A stretch of DNA of 63,791 bases, counting the filler, from Octopus bimaculoides (Eukaryota): the NCBI RefSeq assembly GCF_001194135.2. It is 8 parts of 8 records of this genome, joined end to end, with 100 filler letters (N's around TTAATTAATTAA, not from the genome) between each part and the next. Parts side by side here need not be neighbours in the genome. Positions count along the whole stretch, not along the records: positions 1 to 13,654 come from NC_068983.1; 7 more parts are not named here. The stretch is one strand, 5' to 3'. The notes under the pieces were generated by a model. It was given only the letters and a program-made list of their open reading frames with translations. It was not told the DNA's origin and ran no database searches. Shown here in pieces: positions 1-11,734 of this stretch. The translations under genes were made by a program, and so were the position numbers. How positions within the stretch are numbered: the stretch's first letter is position 1; every line of letters begins with the position of its first letter.

Positions 1-258
1 TTAAGTTGTTTCGATGTTGGCAAATGAGTGTGTTTAATTTGGTCATTGTTCTTGTTTGTTGGTAGTTGACTACTCTTTCATAGTATGTAGTGTCTTGTAA
101 AAGTTGAGATACAGAGTTTTTGTATTGTTCTGTATCCATAATGACGACAGTGCTACCCTTATCTGCTTCTTTGATTGTGATGTCATGATTGTTTCGTAAC
201 TCATGGATGATTTTCCATTCGTTTTTACTGGTGTTGGGTTTGGGTTTAGGTTGTGGAA
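1..258 (-). mobile_element. Penelope-like retroelement RT N-terminal fragment
   Basis: Minus-strand translation KNEWKIIHELRNNHDITIKEADKGSTVVIMDTEQY contains the IKxADKG..VVIMD signature found ahead of Penelope-like RTs; one frameshift; cut by the window start. Confidence 0.75.
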
Positions 259-261
259 GTT

Positions 262-1500
262 CATTATATGGAAAGTTCGAAATGTACGTTTTTGAAACGT
301 GAAATTCATCACGATATATTTCAACAAAGAGCGGAAATTTTATTCATCAAAGTTAGTACCATCAATACAATCAATACATTTTTGCCAGCGACTTACAAGT
401 TTGATTATTCCGGTAACGTAAATATCTGGAGTTCTGGAGCTGAGGAACTCTTTGAACGCACTTTCAACATCGGTTTCATTTTTGTTCTCCTTGAAACATC
501 AAGCTACTTGAAAGCATGGTAGTCAGTAGGAGAAACGTCATGGGAATAAGCTGGGAGCGGGGAAGAAGCTCATAGCGAAGTTCCCTCAACTTCTGTAGCC
601 TCATTTGTGAAACGTGTGGTCAAGAAATGTCATGTAGAATGATTGACACTCATCTGATGACTAGTCTGGGACGGAGGAGTAGCAGATTTTCGCTCATTTC
701 GGCAATTTCAGGGGAAAATGTTCCTACAGTAACGTTTCCTCAAAGTTGTAAGTAGGTAGAGTGCATCAGTCCAGCAGTTCAACACTAAACACTCACCATA
801 ACCTTCTTTTTCAGGATCTTTCGTTTAGTGAAGGTTTTCGGTCCTTCATTTTGGTCCAATATCTGCGGAGAATGATTTTTTTATCATTGTACAGAACTAA
901 TTTTCAGTTACAATATCGTCGAAAAATGGATCGGCCTGGTTACGGAGAAGAAGCGACGAGGAACTCTCGTAACAACGCATTTTCTGATTTTCATTCAAAT
1001 CGTGTTTTACAGATTTGCCGAGCATTTTAGTTTTTTGATCACTTGCAAATTATTGCAGGCTCTTTTCTGGCTAACATAAAGTTCTTCTGTCAGTTCTCGA
1101 TTGGTTTTACGTGCATCTTTCTCTGTAATGGTCTTTAATTGACCGTCATCGATGACGGATGGGTGTCCACAACGCGCACGTTCTTCAAGGCTCAGATCTT
1201 CACTGCAGAATCGTTTGAACCACTTTTGAGCTGACCAAGCACTGGTCATTTTCTCACCAAAAGTTTTGTTGATATCACAAGCAGTTTCAGTTACTTTACG
1301 TCGTGTTTTGAAGTTGAATAGCAAAATTGTTCGAATATCGCGCTTTGAAACTTCCAATTCAGATGATTATAATGTTAATTTAGTGATGCATTTGAACAAG
1401 TCTATGTCTATTCTTATCAGCCAATTGCAAACGAACGTTAAATTCAAGACTCTGCAAAAATCCTGTACAAATGCTTCATGGTTCAAATGGTTCCTTACTT
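262..1500 (-). mobile_element. Decayed mariner (DD34D) transposon
   Basis: ORF 1007-1357 (MEVSKRDIRTILLFNFK...WFKRF...GHPSVIDD) is a mariner N-terminal HTH. A WVPHEL-like remnant (KSVKHDLNENQK), KKVMVSV, a YSPDL-like YSHDVSPTDYHAFK* and C-terminal KLVSRWQKCID are also present. Multiple stops and frameshifts; I could not match the TIRs. Confidence 0.9.
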
Positions 1501-2087
1501 TTTACTCAGGGTATATATATGTGTATGTTTGTGTGTGTGTGTGTATGTGCGGGTGCGTGTGTGTGTGCGTGTGTGTATGGGTATGTGCGTGTGCGTGTGT
1601 GTGTATGCATCTAGGTATGGGTATTGGTGTGTGTGTATATATGGGCAAGTGTATAGTAACGAGTGCTTGTAAATGCATGAATGTGTATATGTAGGTGCAC
1701 GACAGAACAAGTGTGTATATATGCACATATGTAAGCTGTTATATATACACATATGCGCATATATGTGTGAATATGTATGTCGACATGCATGTGTGCGGAT
1801 TATGTATTTGTGTATATAAGTATATATGCATACATATATACGCATATACGTAGATGCGTATATATATATATATGTCTGTGCGCAGCTGTAAGACCTTCTA
1901 CTTATAAATGTTCTAAAATATACACAGCCTTGGTTTTTATCTCATTACGAAAAGTAAATCCATATANNNNNNNNNNNNNNNNNNNNNNNNNNNNNNNNNN
2001 NNNNNNNNNNNNNNNNNNNNNNNNNNNNNNNNNNNNNNNNNNNNNNNNNNNNNNNNNNNNNNNNNNACACACATATATATATATATA

Positions 2088-2258
2088 TACGAGGGGGTGC
2101 AAATTATCCGAGATCTTTTACAAGGCCTAGGAAAACTCAAGGACCGCTGCAATCAGTGTGTGAATCTGAGAGGGAGACATGTTTAATAATATCATAATAA
2201 ACTGATCCCTCTGTATTTTTATTTAACCAAAGCCCGGAGCTTTTCAGCACCCACGGTA
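2088..2258 (+). mobile_element. Mariner-derived MITE, internally deleted copy
   Basis: Left end TACGAGGGGGTGC, right end CTTTTCAGCACCCACGGTA (imperfect TIRs, TA ends). The interior encodes a mariner C-terminus (GKLKDRCNQCVNLRG). Same family as 37576-37794. Confidence 0.75.
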
Positions 2259-3719
2259 TGTATGAAAATGCTTTAAATGCGTCCTCATTTAGCAAAAAGT
2301 ATTTTCAGTAAGGTTTAATTGTTACCTCTTGAATAAAATCTAAGCTCTGAATCGGTAGTGATGAGGAAGTTTCCCCTTTCTCTCTGGATTTCCTTCCTAT
2401 TTATATTTTTCCTATGGATAATTCAACACGAAATATGTTGATGCATTCTTTATTTAACCGTTGGAAAAATTATACGCCTGTCGAAAAACGCATTTCAAAT
2501 TTGTATTGACAGCAGCAATATCTTTATTTCCTCATCTGTTTCATTATAGTTTGAACAATAACCTAACATTCTATTGTCATCCAAGTTATAATGATCAACT
2601 GACAAGCATTTGATAAAACACTTTTCTTTGAATGTAATAATCAAACTTATTTGTATTTCTTTATTTATACCTAATGTTAATTATACACAACATTAATCTT
2701 AACATTGAACTTAACATTGATTTGAAATGATTTCTGATGGAGATGTATACATTAATGAAACTCTAGTATAGAGAAAGAAATAACTAGGTAAGTATGTGCA
2801 TGATGAAAGAAAAAAAATCTACAAAAATACAGCGTAGCGAATTTCATGCTAAATTTAAACGAGTTTCCTTCATATGCTTAACATCGATCAATAATTACTT
2901 CAAATGTTAAAATACTAACGGAAAAGTAATATGTGTATGTAAAGATTGTTTGTGTATATATGTGTCTGAGTGAGTGTGTGAGTGTGTGTGTATGTGTGTA
3001 TGTGTGTGTGTGTTTGTGTGTGCATATGCGCACATGCATATTTGGTGGCATGTGCAAGCTACTTGCTTTAACGTAAATATGGAATGAATGGTAATATGCT
3101 TTCTTGAATTATCTTGGAGATATAAATATTGATTTGGAAGTAAGAAGATCGTGCCTCTCAGAAAAATCGAGGTGAGAATACATTTAAATTGTTATTTAAA
3201 ATATAAGAGATAAAACGGCAATAAATATTCATTATGTGAAAGTGCCATGGAGGAAAATGACAATCTGGAAGAACCATAAAAGAATTTAGAATTTTAATGT
3301 NNNNNNNNNNNNNNNNNNNNNNNNNNNNNNNNNNNNNNNNNNNNNNNNNNNNNNNNNNNNNNNNNNNNNNNNNNNNNNNNNNNNNNNNNNNNNNNNNNNN
3401 NNNNNNNNNNNNNNNNNNNNNNNNNNNNNNNNNNNNNNNNNNNNNNNNNNNNNNNNNNNNNNNNNNNNNNNNNNNNNNNNNNNNNNNNNNNNNNNNNNNN
3501 NNNNNNNNNNNNNNNNNNNNNNNNNNNNNNNNNNNNNNNNNNNNNNNNNNNNNNNNNNNNNNNNNNNNNNNNNNNNNNNNNNNNNNNNNNNNNNNNNNNN
3601 NNNNNNNNNNNNNNNNNNNNNNNNNNNNNNNNNNNNNNNNNNNNNNNNNNNNNNNNNNNNNNNNNNNNNNNNNNNNNNNNNNNNNNNNNNNNNNNNNNNN
3701 NNNNNNNNNNNNNNNNNNN

Positions 3720-3775
<56 letters not shown>

Positions 3776-3780
3776 ATATG

Positions 3781-3980
3781 CTTGTGTTTCTGATTTTCTA
3801 CCCCAACGTCGCTTGAAACCGATGGTGGTGCGTTTACGTTCCCGTAACTTAGCGGTTCGGCAAAAGAAACCGATAGAGTAAGTACAAGGCTTACAGAGAA
3901 TAAGTCCTGGGATTGATTTCTTCGACCAAAGACGGTGTTCCGGCATGGCCGCAGTCAAGTGACTGAAACAAGTAAAAGAA
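3781..3980 (+). mobile_element. SINE family A, 3' half (5' half lost in gap)
   Basis: Matches 18010-18205: CGTAACTTAGCGGTTCGGCAAAA...CATGGCCGCAGTCAA..GACTGAAACAAGTAAAAGA. Confidence 0.85.
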
Positions 3981-4149
3981 ATTAATTGCATACATCAAAA
4001 TAGGAATCTGGAAATAATTCGTTCGTATTTATTCATCAGTACGCGTTTCACTTGCTCTTCGGAATTACAAAATCATACATGTCGGATAAAGAATAAGGAA
4101 TCAAATACACATCTAAAAGAAACATGTAAAACATCTACTATAAAGCAAC

Positions 4150-4203
4150 AGTAACATCCACCCCTAGGGGTCAGCCACACTTAAGTGGCAATATACTACA
4201 CTT

Positions 4204-4243
<40 letters not shown>

Positions 4244-4440
4244 AAGGAGGCCACTAGGTAGACTGTTAATGTACTGTGATCTTCTTCTAGCACATTAGCA
4301 GTCCACCCAGTGGTCTCCTTTATATATACATGCACAATAATCCTTTGAGATCTCATATTTTTTTCTGAATCTCCTTGATTCTTTCAATGTGCTTGTTCCC
4401 TGGTATTAGATTGATATTAATTAATATTCAATTTTTTACC
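4150..4440 (-). repeat. Unclassified interspersed repeat (family F), probably Penelope-associated
   Basis: Its reverse complement aligns by eye with 11095-11290 (AAAAATTGAATATTAATT...GACCACTnnGTGGA...TGCTAGA) and partly with 57835-57900. Confidence 0.5.
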
Positions 4441-4725
4441 CTAATGTTTTAAGTTATATATATATATATATATATATATNNNNNNNNNNNNNNNNNNNNN
4501 NNNNNNNNNNNNNNNNNNNNNNNNNNAAATTTTAGAAATTTTATTTACCACCAGTGGTCTAGCGAGAATAAAAATCAGTCAATAGACTATATATTATTCA
4601 TTTAAAATACAGAGATGCCTATAATAGGACATCTGACCCGCTAGAAAGAGCAGCAAAATACTATATACCACAAAAATAGGGATAATTTCGAAAGGGAATG
4701 AAAAATAAAAACATTTACCAATCTA

Positions 4726-4804
4726 TATTCTGTACCATGATTTCAAGTCATTTTCGTAAGATAAAAATATACCTTACAATGGTCGAACTATCTTCAGCAG
4801 AATA
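4726..4804 (-). ncRNA. Minimal type I hammerhead ribozyme motif (Penelope type)
   Basis: Minus strand: UAUUCUG-CUGAAGA-U-AGU..UUGUAAG..CUUACGA..ACU-U-GAAA-UCAUGGUA-CAGAAUA. Stem I 7 bp, stem II 3+7 bp with a U.U closing mismatch, near-palindromic stem III, GUA cleavage triplet. Confidence 0.7.
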
Positions 4805-6879
4805 ACCAGACAACATATGAACACGAGTCATAGGGAACATGGCTTATGTTCATATGCTTAATTTTTCAAAATTTACCGCGCATTTGCGGTTTACATTGGC
4901 CGTGTTCAGTTTATGACATCAATCAAAGATTTCCTGTGTCCATCGGTTTCTTTTTAATCTCCCACTCTGTTTCATTTCATAATACATACAGACATTTTTG
5001 TACATCTCTCTTTGTCGATAATATTTAGAACGTATAAACTGAAAAAGAATTTCTGCGAATTGTTTGAGGACTAATCTTTGGAGGATAAAATCCTATCAGC
5101 ATTTTCCAGATTCGAATGCAACATTTGCATACAAATACTCGGATGCAGCTGTTGTCATAATGTAATTGGCAGTGCAAAACTGTGAATAATCACCACTAAA
5201 AGTGTTGTTTCCCTCTCCCATTAATATGTACTACGAAAATGGAAACATTACATTATAACTGCTTCATTCTGTGAACATTTGCCATTGAATTAACTTTAGA
5301 ATTTCAAAACCCTAAATGAAATAAGCAGTAACGTACACATCACAAGGAAATGTAGTGATAACCAATCATCGTACTGCATACAAACATTATAACTACCCCT
5401 CAAACATCGAATCTGACTTCCATCACAAAACGAGAGTCCGTGAAAAAAGTGACTATACGCATCATTCTACACAAATGATAACGAAACAACTTTTAACTTG
5501 ATAGGAAAGGATGCTCAAACGATCAGAATTTTGAAAGTCAGTCTAAAACCTCCAAAGAATTAAAACACCGAAATACCTAATAATTGTTAAGACACAACAC
5601 TCATAGATGATAACCAGATAGAATATGCCAAATCAATAAACTTCTAAATCCAAATAGATTTCATAAGCTATCTAACATCACTATACACAGCTACAGAAAT
5701 ACTGAAATATTTTCTATCTGAACCTTCCCATATTCAGGCGAGTAAAATATTTGAAATATACAAAACGAATTAAACCGATAGGGAACTAAAATCCCTAAAA
5801 AATTACCATCGATTAAATATTCACTAAAATATCACTTCTATTGTCAAAGCATATGATTATTTTAGTAGCACAAATCATAAAATATTTTCATTGCATAAAA
5901 TTATATCAGGTAATTTATTCACTGTAAAATAAATTTTCCCTGTTGTTTAAAAAATTTGTCACGCTGTTAAATGTTATGATTTTAATGAAGTTTATATATA
6001 ACAGTCGAAACTTGGCTTAAGAACCCATTTCATTTCTTTTGACAACAAATTAATAATTGACAGTTTCCACTACGCGAATATATAGACGTATGACTCATGC
6101 AAAAAAATCATCACAATATTCTTAGGTTTCTAAATGTATATTTGTTTTGCTAAGGAAAAAAAAAAAAGGAGTCTCATACAAATAGGGAAATAACGTTTCT
6201 TACAATATATATAAACGACGATTAAATACACTGTAGCAACAAATGTAAGCTGGTATAATAGACGCACCTTCTAAATTGAATAGTGATATCAGGAAGTGAT
6301 AGATCAGCGGTTTTCTTTGGATATTTGATTGTGTGAGTTAGGAAAATTTAACTGGTGGAAATTCATAATTGTAATTGATAACAACAGGTGGGAACTAACA
6401 AATCATTGTTGTTTAGTTCAGTTGTAAACCTATCTATGAACGATCAGAACAAAAGAACAAAATGTAAACAAACATTGGTAACACCAAGGATTTTTTCTAT
6501 ACTTGGTTTAATACTCCGTCATGTGAGAAATACTATTAATTAATATGCACAGTAAATATGTTATTTGACATGCACTCTAATATTTTCATGCAATAAAAAA
6601 AACCTGAGACAGCATTTTATAACACGACTGGTGCATTCACGCAATCTTAAGTCTCAATCTACGTGGTATACCAAGCTAAAACAGAACGATGGAATAAGAG
6701 AAATTACCAGAAAAGGCGAGAAAAAAAGTAGATGTGAAACGTGCCAGGTTGAAAACACTGGAAAACGGAAAAGAAAATAAATGAAAAGAGGGGAGGATTA
6801 GAATAACGTAGCTTTTTGGCTGTAAATTCCAGAGGCTAAATGAATCTGCAGTACAGTTTGGCGAGAGTTCAAATTCACC

Positions 6880-7610
6880 ATTACAAATTTGGAATCCAGC
6901 CCATGTTGTGGACTTCTTAGATCCGACCTTTGAGCTACGCACAGCTTATATTTTTCGATCTGTTGACATATGGTGCTCACGTGTCAGTTATTTTCCGCTT
7001 GATTATATTTAGTGTGATGTTAGACTTGAAACCGCATACATAACTAGCCAACGTAGTGGCTCTACTTTTGTCCCGATGTCACAAGAAAGGTTTGTGGTTA
7101 GCGTAGCGATTTTTGATGTCCCCTTCACATAGTCCGATGTAAATCTTTTCAGTTATGACTTCATCCAACTTTGCTGTAACTTCGGCCTCATATATGTGGA
7201 TTTAATCATGCACTCCTGATCAAGTGGACAGGTTCCTGTTTTAAAACTGGGAGTAGGCTCTTAATGGTTTTTGCGTATAATGATGTTCTTCATTTTCGGA
7301 CATCATTTATCTGATAATTTGACTAAGCGCCTGTTGAATACTTTTCTGTACCTGTGTTTTATGGGAGAATATTGCTGTAAGAGAGACTGGAAACTTTTAC
7401 CTAAGTTGGCCGCAACATTAAGTGGGGACGAACCAAAGTATTCTCCAAGGTCTAGTTTAGGTCTAGTTTTCTTATTCGTATTGTTTACTAGGAGGTTTAA
7501 AAATTATTTCATTATGAAATCTACAATAATATGGTATCATTGTAGTAGGGGTGTGTCCTCCCAAACATTTCTTTAAAAGATGAGCTGTTAGATAATCTGT
7601 TGCTAATGTT
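6880..7610 (-). mobile_element. Penelope-like element: RT-linker plus GIY-YIG endonuclease remnant
   Basis: With frameshifts: ANISNRLSNSSSFKEMF..PYYND; ILWF..NVAANLGKSFQSLL..HRYRKVFNR; TCPLDQECM..IYEAEV..KIYIGLCEGT..RYANHK..TTLASYV. Confidence 0.85.
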
Positions 7611-7700
7611 GGCTATCAGATTTTCCTCTAAAGAAGTATTTGAGAAAGCAACCCCCTACTTCAACAATGCCCTAGCCAATAGTGGCTATAATGACGAATA
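7611..7700 (+). mobile_element. Short Penelope-like fragment in inverted orientation
   Basis: Plus-strand SSKEVFEKATPYFNNALANSGYND, the same linker region as the adjacent minus-strand copy but divergent. Confidence 0.65.
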
Positions 7701-10479
7701 AATATACAACACCGCTATTAATAATATGCAGCATCATGATCTAGCTGAAGTATCGCAAAGTCATTTTAACCATATATGTGTGAGCGTGTGAGTGTGTGTA
7801 GAAGGAGAAAGTGCAATTTCGTATATAATAAGATGCATTTGTCGGTGGGAGAGAAAGAAGTCAATCTTAAGAAAATGTGCTACGGCAGAACCCAGAAAAA
7901 AAGCTAAATTGAAGATGTCCTTACATATAGAAGATCACATATTGTTGCCACTGTAACAAGAGCCATACTTAGTAATATGCGTGCATAATTTATCTTGGAT
8001 GTAGTACACGTAGATGGTAATTAACGACATATTGCAGTAAACTCACATGATAATTTGCACTAATTGAAATTAGGATTGCAATAATTAATATTTATTATAT
8101 TTGTAGAATTAGCTACATAATTGCTATTATTGTCGTTACGTGTTCAAATAAGAGATACTTGATGTGAGTCAGTTCAGGAATAGAAATAGGGTTCATTTGC
8201 AATGTTAGAGGATGATACTGGATGTTATGCGCATGAAATCTAACCGATTATATTACATTCAGTTAAAATAAACAGAGCTCCTATTTCACACGCGAGAACT
8301 ATTTGACAGTTTTGTTCTAGTAGTCGCTGTTCTCATATGGTTGTTTACTTTTGGCTTAGATTCATATTTAATATGCTAAATTTGTATTTGGTTTAGGCAT
8401 TGATACCTGTGTTCTCTGATATCCATTGTGATGATACTTCAGCTTATGAGAGAATGACATCAGTAATTTGATGTGAATTTAAGTGCCCCAAGAATATAAT
8501 CATATTCAAAGTAGTGGAGTCACAAACTCACTCGAATTAATAATATAGCGTTACATATCAAATGCCGTGCAATATTGTGAAAACAAATCGAAGGTCATTT
8601 TAACAATAAACTATAATTTGGATTTGCATAGGCGCATTATACCTGAAGATATATGTACGATGTACGTGATTTCTAATTTTCTAAATTCTGTTTACGTCGT
8701 TGACATGTATTATGACAATGGACATCTGATCAACTGAGCCTGCATGAAATTTTTCGTATAAATACTTGGCAAATAATATGGAAAAACTGTCTCAATTGGC
8801 CCACAAAATTGCTCTAAGCTAAATTGTACATTTGCTGCAGGTGCTAGTTGAAGCCGCTATCATTGTTGTCATTTTGACTTTTGCGAAAAATATGAATTCC
8901 TACAGTCACTTCAAATATTTGCTAATACTCCAATGCTAGGACCCAACGTTATTGTTCATTCAAGGATACTAGATGAACAATACTTCCACCTGTGATTGAC
9001 AAGTAATAATGATACGGATTAATTTGTTTTCAACTCAATTTTCAGTAAATATAGTTATACAACTTATTACTTGGATTATTTCAAATTTACCTACTTGTTG
9101 CTAGCCCATGTATGAAACATTTACATGTCACCTTGACATGACGTTATCAGAGGCGAAAAGCGTCTGAAAACAAAATATATAACGGTAGCAGTTGAAGCAG
9201 TTTAAAAGAAAATATACATTTCCCTGACATTGTATTGAAGCGTTTTTCATATACAACTCACCTTTTTGATTGCAGCAGCTTTAGTGGCATACATAAAACT
9301 GACGTGGAAATACTAAAGCAGGACAGTACTATAGTTACTGAAAAGTTTATATTTCTTAAAGCTTTATCCTGCTAATAAAATCATTTAGCTATGATGAAGG
9401 AAATATATTCATTCTTTCAACATTTCTTTAAGAATTCCATCTTTACATTTCTACATATAAAACACCTATATTACGTAATATGTAAACATATTGCGTAATA
9501 ATGTAGTAGGGGTGGGGGCCCTCTCAAACATTTCTTTAAAAGATGAGCTGTTAGATAATCTGTTGCTATCTAACATAGATAGATATATAGTTCTGAGTAT
9601 ACATACTACTAAAAAAAGCAAATATACAAAATATACAAAACGAAGAAATAAGTAAATGAATAAATAAATATATGTACAAGCATATGAACAAATAAATACA
9701 TACANNNNNNNNNNNNNNNNNNNNNNNNNNNNNNNNNNNNNNNNNNNNNNNNNNNNNNNNNNNNNNNNNNNNNNNNNNNNNNNNNNNNNNNNNNNNNNNN
9801 NNNNNNNNNNNNNNNNNNNNNNNNNNNNNNNNNNNNNNNNNNNNNNNNNNNNNNNNNNNNNNNNNNNNNNNNNNNNNNNNNNNNNNNNNNNNNNNNNNNN
9901 NNNNNNNNNNNNNNNNNNNNNNNNNNNNNNNNNNNNNNNNNNNNNNNNNNNNNNNNNNNNNNNNNNNNNNNNNNNNNNNNNNNNNNNNNNNNNNNNNNNN
10001 NNNNNNNNNNNNNNNNNNNNNNNNNNNNNNNNNNNNNNNNNNNNNNNNNNNNNNNNNNNNNNNNNNNNNNNNNNNNNNNNNNNNNNNNNNNNNNNNNNNN
10101 NNNNNNNNNNNNNNNNNNNNNNNNNNNNNNNNNNNNNNNNNNNNNNNNNNNNNNNNNNNNNNNNNNNNNNNNNNNNNNNNNNNNNNNNNNNNNNNNNNNN
10201 NNNNNNNNNNNNNNNNNNNNNNNNNNNNNNNNNNNNATATAAACCTCATAAATTATATTACATATTTATAGCAATAAATCTCCATTAATTAAATACTTAA
10301 AAATATTTTATTCCATATAATGACCATCCCGTATCTGAGTTATATCTTCTGTTATGAATATTAATACTAAATATATATTAATTATATATTAATATCAATT
10401 TAATAATTACATTACAAAATCTGACAAGTTTATTATTTATTAATACTAATGAAATATTAGAAATCTACTTATATTTTTC

Positions 10480-10800
10480 CAGAAGAAGGTTACTCGCATG
10501 GATACAGGCAAAATTTTTTCAGAATGTGCTCAAGAGTAATTTACGGAGTAATAAATATTTGATATAACTCTTCGGTGCACAATTCACATCTTTTGCTTGT
10601 GATATTATAAGATCAGATATGGCTAATAATATTCTAGTTCGGTTTAAAATCTATTTTCTTATCTTTAAGCCTCCACATAAATTTACTCAGACCAGTTCAG
10701 GCAATTTTCCCCCTATCCTTGAAGCTATTTAAGTTGTTAAAGAAGCCAGTTTCAAATTCATTAGATGTCGCTCCATTGTATATATACTTATTATTAAGTG
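10480..10800 (-). mobile_element. Penelope-like GIY-YIG endonuclease C-terminal fragment
   Basis: Minus-strand YNGATSNEFETGFFNNLNSFK..GLSKFMWRLKDKKIDF..SYNITSKRCELCTEELYQI. Confidence 0.75.
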
Positions 10801-10824
10801 CATCAATCTAACATTTATATACAG

Positions 10825-10852
10825 CTAGCAGAGATACCTGGCGTGGCTCAGG
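10825..10852 (-). mobile_element. Helitron-type 3' terminus (GC hairpin followed by CTAG)
   Basis: Minus strand reads CCTGAGCCACGCCAGG (imperfect hairpin) + TATCTCTG + CTAG. It lies on the same strand as, and 0.9 kb downstream of, a RepHel stop codon. The base after CTAG is C rather than the usual T. Confidence 0.6.
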
Positions 10853-10867
10853 AGTGAAATGGTTTAT

Positions 10868-11033
10868 TTGTTTAATTGTATCTATTACTTGTTTAAAGCA
10901 TTTCACTGTGGCGTTAATGGAGCTTTGGTTTTAGTCGAACGAATTGACCCCAAGTAATCATTCTATCAGTCTCTTTTATAAAGCTGCTAATTTACGGGGA
11001 CGTAAACATACCGACATTATTTGGCAAGCAATG
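10868..11033 (-). mobile_element. SINE family A, decayed 3' half
   Basis: Reverse complement resembles the family A tail (TTTAGTCGAAC..TTGACCCC..TTCTATC..GGGGACGTAAACA). Confidence 0.65.
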
Positions 11034-11094
11034 TATATATNNNNNNNNNNNNNNNNNNNNNNNNNNNNNNNNNNNNNNNATATATATATATATA

Positions 11095-11290
11095 TAAGTG
11101 TAAAAAATTGAATATTAATTAGATTAATATGAATGTAAACCAGTGGCCTAGCATAGTGAAAGAATCTGAAGACTCAGAAAAATTATGTTACATACGTATA
11201 AAAGAGATGACCACTAAGTGGAGATCCATTATGCTAGATGTAGACCCTATATGGTCTGACCACTAAGAAAATGTTGTTCTCAATAAAATT
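11095..11290 (+). repeat. Family F interspersed repeat copy
   Basis: See 4150-4440. Confidence 0.5.
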
Positions 11291-11300
11291 CAGCAAATGC

Positions 11301-11382
11301 CAGAACGTAAGCGAGCAAGACAAATGAAAAGATACAAAATATATTTTGTTTCTTTTCCTTTGTCTTGCTTGCTTAAGTTCTG
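11301..11382. repeat. 82-bp near-perfect palindrome
   Basis: 41-nt arms with no spacer, 37/41 complementary, centred on ATAT at 11341/11342. Confidence 0.85.
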
Positions 11383-11394
11383 TCGCGGCTGGGC

Positions 11395-11600
11395 AGGAGT
11401 GACAGCTTGGTTGGATCAATTTTTCGAATCGAAGTCAAGTGATTTCTACCAACGAGGTATTGAAAATCTTGTTGAATTTTGGGAAGAAGTTGTAAACAAC
11501 AAGGGTGAATACATTATTGATTAATTAGTTGTTATTTTTTATTAAACCTTATAAAAAAAGTAAAGTTAAAAGACAGCGGGAACTTAGTTGCCAAACTAAT
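11395..11600 (+). mobile_element. Mariner 3' fragment with terminal repeat
   Basis: AWLDQFFESKSSDFYQRGIENLVEFWEEVVNNKGEYIID* is a typical mariner C-terminus; TIR-like CTTAGTTGCCAAACTAATA at about 11582-11600. Confidence 0.85.
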
Positions 11601-11734
11601 ATATATATATTGAGACACACACACACACACACATATATAAATATATATATATGTATATCAAAATAAATACATAAAAGTACATGAAGTTTGGCAAATAAAA
11701 GATGATCATGTACATATCTCCTGGCTGTTGTGAT

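Noticed and set aside
4040-4062. Hammerhead vestige CCGAAGAGC-AA-GU-GAAAC-GC-GUA (minus strand)
   Set aside because: U4 is altered, stem II has only 2 bp and there is no stem I; too weak to call separately.
5350-5900. A-rich stretch resembling LINE sense strand (VKYL..)
   Set aside because: Compositional resemblance only; no ordered RT motifs.
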